Positions 59,797 to 64,000 of a stretch of DNA of 64,000 nucleotides are shown piece by piece; within the stretch, counting starts at the first letter, position 1; the number at the start of each line of letters is the position of its first letter. The stretch lies in contig JBEKDT010000012.1 in assembly GCA_050014195.1 (NCBI GenBank), positions 1 through 64,000 on the forward strand. Reading direction: 5' to 3'. The position numbers and the translations under genes are program-made. Origin of the DNA: Desulfomonilia bacterium (GTDB lineage: Bacteria > Desulfobacterota > Desulfomonilia > UBA1062). The notes beneath the pieces are model-generated. The model did not search any database and had not been told where the DNA came from. It saw nothing but the letters and a program-made list of their open reading frames with translations.

Positions 59797-60233
59797 TATA
59801 TGTTCTCCTCCCTCCGTGCAGCCCGGTCTTGAATCACCTGCCATACTGCAATAAATAGCGGCGCCAGATCATTCTTAAGTTCTCTGGCTTCGGCGATGAG
59901 GTCGGCCAGTGTCTCCTTGTCGATCTCATCCAGGAGCGATTCGACGAAACTCGCGAGCAGGGGAGGGGGGAACTTCTCCCGTATCTGGACGATGAGCTCA
60001 TGTCCGGCCTTGATAAAGCAGTTCGCAAGAACAGGCAGAGCCCCTGCCACAGCCAGCGGCACCTCGATGTCCCTGCCCAGCAGTGTACGCACGAGATGCG
60101 GGCTGTTCCCCGGGTCGATACTCTTTAAGAAAAGGCGCAGGCTGTCCTTGAACGCTGTCTTTGCCAGCAGCTCATCCAGAACCCTGCTCTTGGATTCAAT
60201 GAATCCCGTGTTTGTGTTTTCTTCCATGGACAT
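59796..60233 (-). CDS. Hypothetical helical protein (145 aa)
   Basis: GAGG RBS, starts 4 nt after the ACAD stop. Confidence 0.8.
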   Translation of the reverse strand: MSMEENTNTGFIESKSRVLDELLAKTAFKDSLRLFLKSIDPGNSPHLVRTLLGRDIEVPLAVAGALPVLANCFIKAGHELIVQIREKFPPPLLASFVESLLDEIDKETLADLIAEARELKNDLAPLFIAVWQVIQDRAARREENI

Positions 60234-60237
60234 AACC

Positions 60238-61512
60238 TCACAAGGTTTCGCAGTTGAAGAAGTACCGGGCAGCCTCCATCTGGCAGAGCTGCTTGCCGCC
60301 CATCCAGAGTTGGACGATCTTGATGTCGCGCCAGTGCTTCTCGATATCCCATTCTCTGTCCGCCCCGTAGTGACCGAGGATGTCCATGCCCTTGCCGAAG
60401 ATGTCTACGGCCCTGTCCGAGACGAAGTCTTTGATGTTGCGGATCCTGCCCACCACGTCTTCCGAGGTGAGCGGTCTGCCATATGGCTTGTTGCGGCGGT
60501 CGCCGATCATGGCCGCTTCGTGGCCAAGGATACGGCAGATATCTATGTCGCCTGCTATGCGCCCGATGATAGCGGCAATGGCATCATTTTCCTTTAACGG
60601 ACGGTTGTTGTAGGTATGCGTGGACACGAATTCGTAGAGTTTCTCGTACAGGTTCAACATGGCACCGGTGAGGAAGGAGCAGCTCATGACCTGACCGAAG
60701 GAGATGAGCTGGTAGAAGGCTTTGGCATCTTTTCCGGGACCGTGGGCGCGGTACCAACTCGGCACCCGCACGTCTTCGAACCAGATGTCGCCGTTCTTGT
60801 CTGCGGCCATGCCTGCCTTCTCGTAGGCCCCGCCCTGGGTTACGCCCGGCAAATCCGCAGGAACAAAAATGAAGGCAAAATCCATAGGGTCATTTGACCC
60901 GAGTTTTGTCGTGCACGGCACACCGAAGAGCTTGGACACACCGCCCGAGTTGGTGGGCCAGAGCTTGTGGCCGTTCACCACCCACTCATCGCCCTCGAGC
61001 CGGGCCGTGGTGCGGATGGTTTTGCCTCCAAGCAGGCCAAGGTTCTCGATGTCCGCACCCCCCTGGGGTTCGGTCATGGCATTGGCTGCAAACACGGCCT
61101 TCTTTGCGTTGCAGAACATGGGGGCGAATTCCGCGATGAGCCGTTCGTTCACATAGGGCTCCACCATGATCACGAGCAGGGGCCAGAAGGTGACGGCCAG
61201 GGCCACGGCCATACCCGTGTCGGCTCGGCCCAGTTCTTCGCAGAGCATATACCCCACCCGGAAGATATAATCTGAGTTGGCCAAACCCCACCCGCCGTAT
61301 TCCTGGGGGAAGAGGGATTTCTGAAGGCCGAGCTCGACCATGAGCTTGTCGAATGCCGGTTCGATGAGGTGGTGGTCCTTCCAGTCCTCATCGTATCTGC
61401 GACGTTCCGGCATGACCCACTCATCCAGGTGTTTCCTGATCACCCGCCTGAAGTGCTTGTCAAAGGGGGAGATATATTCTTCCGGTCGCGAGAATTCATC
61501 GAAATGTTTCAT
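60238..61512 (-). CDS. Acyl-CoA dehydrogenase-family subunit (isoalloxazine-binding type)
   Basis: MTEPQGGAD, NGHKLWPTNSG, FEDVRVP, EKHWRD. Confidence 0.9.
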   Translation of the reverse strand: MKHFDEFSRPEEYISPFDKHFRRVIRKHLDEWVMPERRRYDEDWKDHHLIEPAFDKLMVELGLQKSLFPQEYGGWGLANSDYIFRVGYMLCEELGRADTGMAVALAVTFWPLLVIMVEPYVNERLIAEFAPMFCNAKKAVFAANAMTEPQGGADIENLGLLGGKTIRTTARLEGDEWVVNGHKLWPTNSGGVSKLFGVPCTTKLGSNDPMDFAFIFVPADLPGVTQGGAYEKAGMAADKNGDIWFEDVRVPSWYRAHGPGKDAKAFYQLISFGQVMSCSFLTGAMLNLYEKLYEFVSTHTYNNRPLKENDAIAAIIGRIAGDIDICRILGHEAAMIGDRRNKPYGRPLTSEDVVGRIRNIKDFVSDRAVDIFGKGMDILGHYGADREWDIEKHWRDIKIVQLWMGGKQLCQMEAARYFFNCETL

Positions 61513-61527
61513 GGCTAAAATCCCTCC

Positions 61528-62769
61528 TCAGATCTCAGTGCAGTTATAGAAGAAGCGTGCAGTGTCCATCTTCACCGGCGCCTCGGCAGCCACCCCGCAC
61601 AGGAGCGACTGGATGGTCTTCACATCCCGCCAGTGTTTCTCCACGTGCCACTCCTTGGAGTACCCTGCCGAGCCCATGAGCTCCAGGCCGCGGTTGATGG
61701 CCTTCATGACTGATTGCTGCACGCGGGCCCCGATCATCTCGGCGAAGGTGAAGACGCGTGCACCATTACCCGCGCTCCATTCCTCGGGCGTGGTGATAAT
61801 GTGGGCAAGGTCATAGAGGAGCAGCTTGGAGAGCGCGACCTCTTCCGCCACGTCGGCGAGTACCGAGGCGCACAGCGGGTTCTCCTTCAGCATTGTCCCG
61901 CCCTTGATCACGCGTGTCTCGCTCCAATCAAAGAGCATCTCATAGAAGTTCGTTCCGGCCCCCGCGCTCACCCCACCGAGCAGGAGGTTAAGCCAGACAT
62001 AGAGTTCTTCAACCGTACCATCCCGCTCGATCACGTTCTCCTTGGAGACCCGGACATTGCTGAAGGTCACATCCGCATTCTCACAGGCATTGAGCCCGGT
62101 GGTCAGAAATGCCACGCCTCTCTTCACACCGGCGGCATCACCGGGAACGAAGGCGATACAGGGCTTCCCTTTCTTCCCCGCACACACGACGCAGAACAGG
62201 TCGGCCTCCTTCCCGCTGAACAGCGGCCTCAAGTTTGCGCCTTCGATCGTGTATCCACCCTCGACGGCCTTTGCCTCGGCAAGGATGGCCCTGCCATTGA
62301 ACAGCGGGTGCTCTTTCCCGGCGATACCCGCCCCGGGGAGGATAATGGCAACGGTCTTGATCTCGTCGCCGGCGTACAGGGGAGCGAGCGTGTCGCAGAG
62401 TTTCTGGTTGATGTTATGCTCAAGGGTGATGGTCGCGAAGATGGCGTACTTTGCAGCCAGCGTTATGCCTATTGCAGCATCCGCCCTGCCGGTCTCGCAG
62501 AGGATGGTGAGCACGCCCGGTGCATTTTCAGGGCTGTTCCATCCAAATCCACCATGTTCCACAGGAAGGGTAAGCCGCTGGAGGCCGATGGCCAGCCCCA
62601 GCTTCTCTCTCTTTTCCTTGAAGAGCCTGGCGTAGTTCTCCCGGTACTCCATACGCTTTGAGATGATCTCCTTGTCGGCCCACTGCCTCACAAGGGTGGC
62701 AATGCTCCGCGATTCATCATCCATCCACTGCTTCGGGAAAATAAAAAGATCATCGACATTCCTGTTCAT
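61528..62769 (-). CDS. Degenerate acyl-CoA dehydrogenase-family subunit (probable heteromer partner)
   Basis: FSNVRV, ELMGSAGY, VEKHWRD; lacks the TEP motif. Confidence 0.85.
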   Translation of the reverse strand: MNRNVDDLFIFPKQWMDDESRSIATLVRQWADKEIISKRMEYRENYARLFKEKREKLGLAIGLQRLTLPVEHGGFGWNSPENAPGVLTILCETGRADAAIGITLAAKYAIFATITLEHNINQKLCDTLAPLYAGDEIKTVAIILPGAGIAGKEHPLFNGRAILAEAKAVEGGYTIEGANLRPLFSGKEADLFCVVCAGKKGKPCIAFVPGDAAGVKRGVAFLTTGLNACENADVTFSNVRVSKENVIERDGTVEELYVWLNLLLGGVSAGAGTNFYEMLFDWSETRVIKGGTMLKENPLCASVLADVAEEVALSKLLLYDLAHIITTPEEWSAGNGARVFTFAEMIGARVQQSVMKAINRGLELMGSAGYSKEWHVEKHWRDVKTIQSLLCGVAAEAPVKMDTARFFYNCTEI

Positions 62770-63015
62770 AGAACCCCCACGAATTGAGACATAGTTTTCT
62801 TTTTATAAGGGCAAAAGGACGGTACTTGTTGATGATCGGCCTAACCATGAATAATGGTAGGAAGATGACCCTGAGAAGAAAACCATCCCCATGCGATTCC
62901 TTTCTGAGGCATGGGTGCGTGCCTCAAAAATTCGATTTCAAAGTCCCGGGCTTTCACTGAACCGGTAGGTGATAAGTTCATGTTGTTTGACAGTAATGAG
63001 GTTTCAATATCCTGA

Positions 63016-63043
63016 ATAGTAATTATCATTACTCTCTTGTCAA
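63016..63043 (-). promoter_or_regulatory. Promoter TTGACA-N16-TACTAT with AGTAAT-N4-ATTACT palindrome (candidate TetR operator)
   Basis: Palindrome 63018-63033 overlaps the spacer and -10, upstream of the 18-kb minus-strand operon. Confidence 0.5.
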
Positions 63044-63285
63044 GGGAAGCAAAAAATATTTTTTCTCAGGAGTAATTAATATCTTCACATGGGTACGGAC
63101 CAGGGGATAGTGCATTATCCCTTATTTTACCTGACATGAATGCATTGTGTGATTGGGTGCAGGCTCTATCCCCGGCAGGAAGAGGTGAATACGGCAGGAT
63201 AGTGATATGATATGAGAGAGAGCCGATCAGGTAAGAAAAACAAGGTCAAAATTGTTTTGTATTTTTTTCTTGCTGTTTACAGAGA

Positions 63286-63954
63286 TTATAAAACAAGCGC
63301 ATCCTGTTTTTTTGTCAACTCAAGGGCCTTTCTGCCTTCTTCGGTGAGGTATGCCTCGAACATGGCGAGAACCATCTTTATCAGGTTTTCAATGATCTCT
63401 TTGCGCGTGTACTGCTTTTCAACAAGATAGCTGTGGATAAGCTGGAGACTCATGCCGATAACGGCTGTCCCGAACATCATCGGGTCTATCCCCTCGATGA
63501 CCCCCATTTTAATCCACTTCTCCAGGTCCTCGCTTGCATCATAGGCGAAACCCTGAAAATATTTCCACACGTTTACATCTAAGTCCGTGTCGACACCGAA
63601 ACTTCCCCTCAAGACCATGAGGAGCTGCTGGGGGTTGTTGTCTACGTAATCAAAGACGGCATTAAAGGTCGCCAGAAGGGTCTTTGCCCTTTCCTCATGA
63701 CTCCAGATATCAACCGGCTCACGCATGAGCTTTACCGTTATCCTGAGGCTCTCGAGACTTTCCAAGGTGATCTGCTCGAAGAGGTCTCTCTTGTCTTTGA
63801 AATGATTATAGAATGTCCCGGCTGACATGCCGACAGCCTTCACGATGTCCATAACCTGGGTATTGTGGTATCCGTGTTTGCTGAAAAGCTCGCATGCAGC
63901 CTCAATGATCTTTTCTTTGGTCTTTTCTCTTCTATTGTCTGATGTGTTTGCCAT
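63286..63954 (-). CDS. TetR-family regulator
   Basis: GYHNTQVMDIVKAVGMSAGTFYNHFKDK. Confidence 0.92.
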   Translation of the reverse strand: MANTSDNRREKTKEKIIEAACELFSKHGYHNTQVMDIVKAVGMSAGTFYNHFKDKRDLFEQITLESLESLRITVKLMREPVDIWSHEERAKTLLATFNAVFDYVDNNPQQLLMVLRGSFGVDTDLDVNVWKYFQGFAYDASEDLEKWIKMGVIEGIDPMMFGTAVIGMSLQLIHSYLVEKQYTRKEIIENLIKMVLAMFEAYLTEEGRKALELTKKQDALVL

Positions 63955-64000
63955 GTTTTCCAACTAACTCATTGATTCACATAACTAATTACATTTTATT

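Noticed and set aside
1-64000. CRISPR arrays, tRNA/rRNA genes, cobalamin riboswitch
   Set aside because: None recognised by eye; a covariance-model search would be needed to exclude small RNAs.

Overview
Bacterial DNA whose gene content resembles an anaerobic Deltaproteobacterium (inference). Layout: (1) 1-2300: AT-rich, integrase-less integron cassette remnant (phospholipase A1 and phosphatase cassettes, one intact attC, one attC cut by an IS3-like end, a 137-bp MITE, a consensus leftward promoter). (2) 2.5-9 kb: ThDP enzyme, WYL regulator, nitroreductase, hydrolase, and a Zn-type ABC operon whose znuA survives only as a stump. (3) 9-28 kb: minus-strand signalling island (HDOD, truncated MglA, HD-GYPs, multi-PAS kinases). 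(4) 28-34 kb: membrane protein, octaheme cytochrome-HEAT-TPR, GH13. (5) 33.9-64 kb: TetR-associated anaerobic acyl-CoA/corrinoid locus with a plus-strand methyl-transfer operon converging on a minus-strand operon of heteromeric-type ACADs, three paralogous unknown helical proteins, two 2-hydroxyacyl-CoA dehydratase/aryl-CoA reductase pairs, three activases, a CdhC-like fragment, CooC and a KDSR-like SDR. Top finding: the UroD/MtaA-family methyltransferase at 37848 appears to read through TGA 38964-38966 as selenocysteine at the Zn-ligand Cys position, followed by a SECIS-like hairpin. All calls come from motif reading only; no database searches were run.
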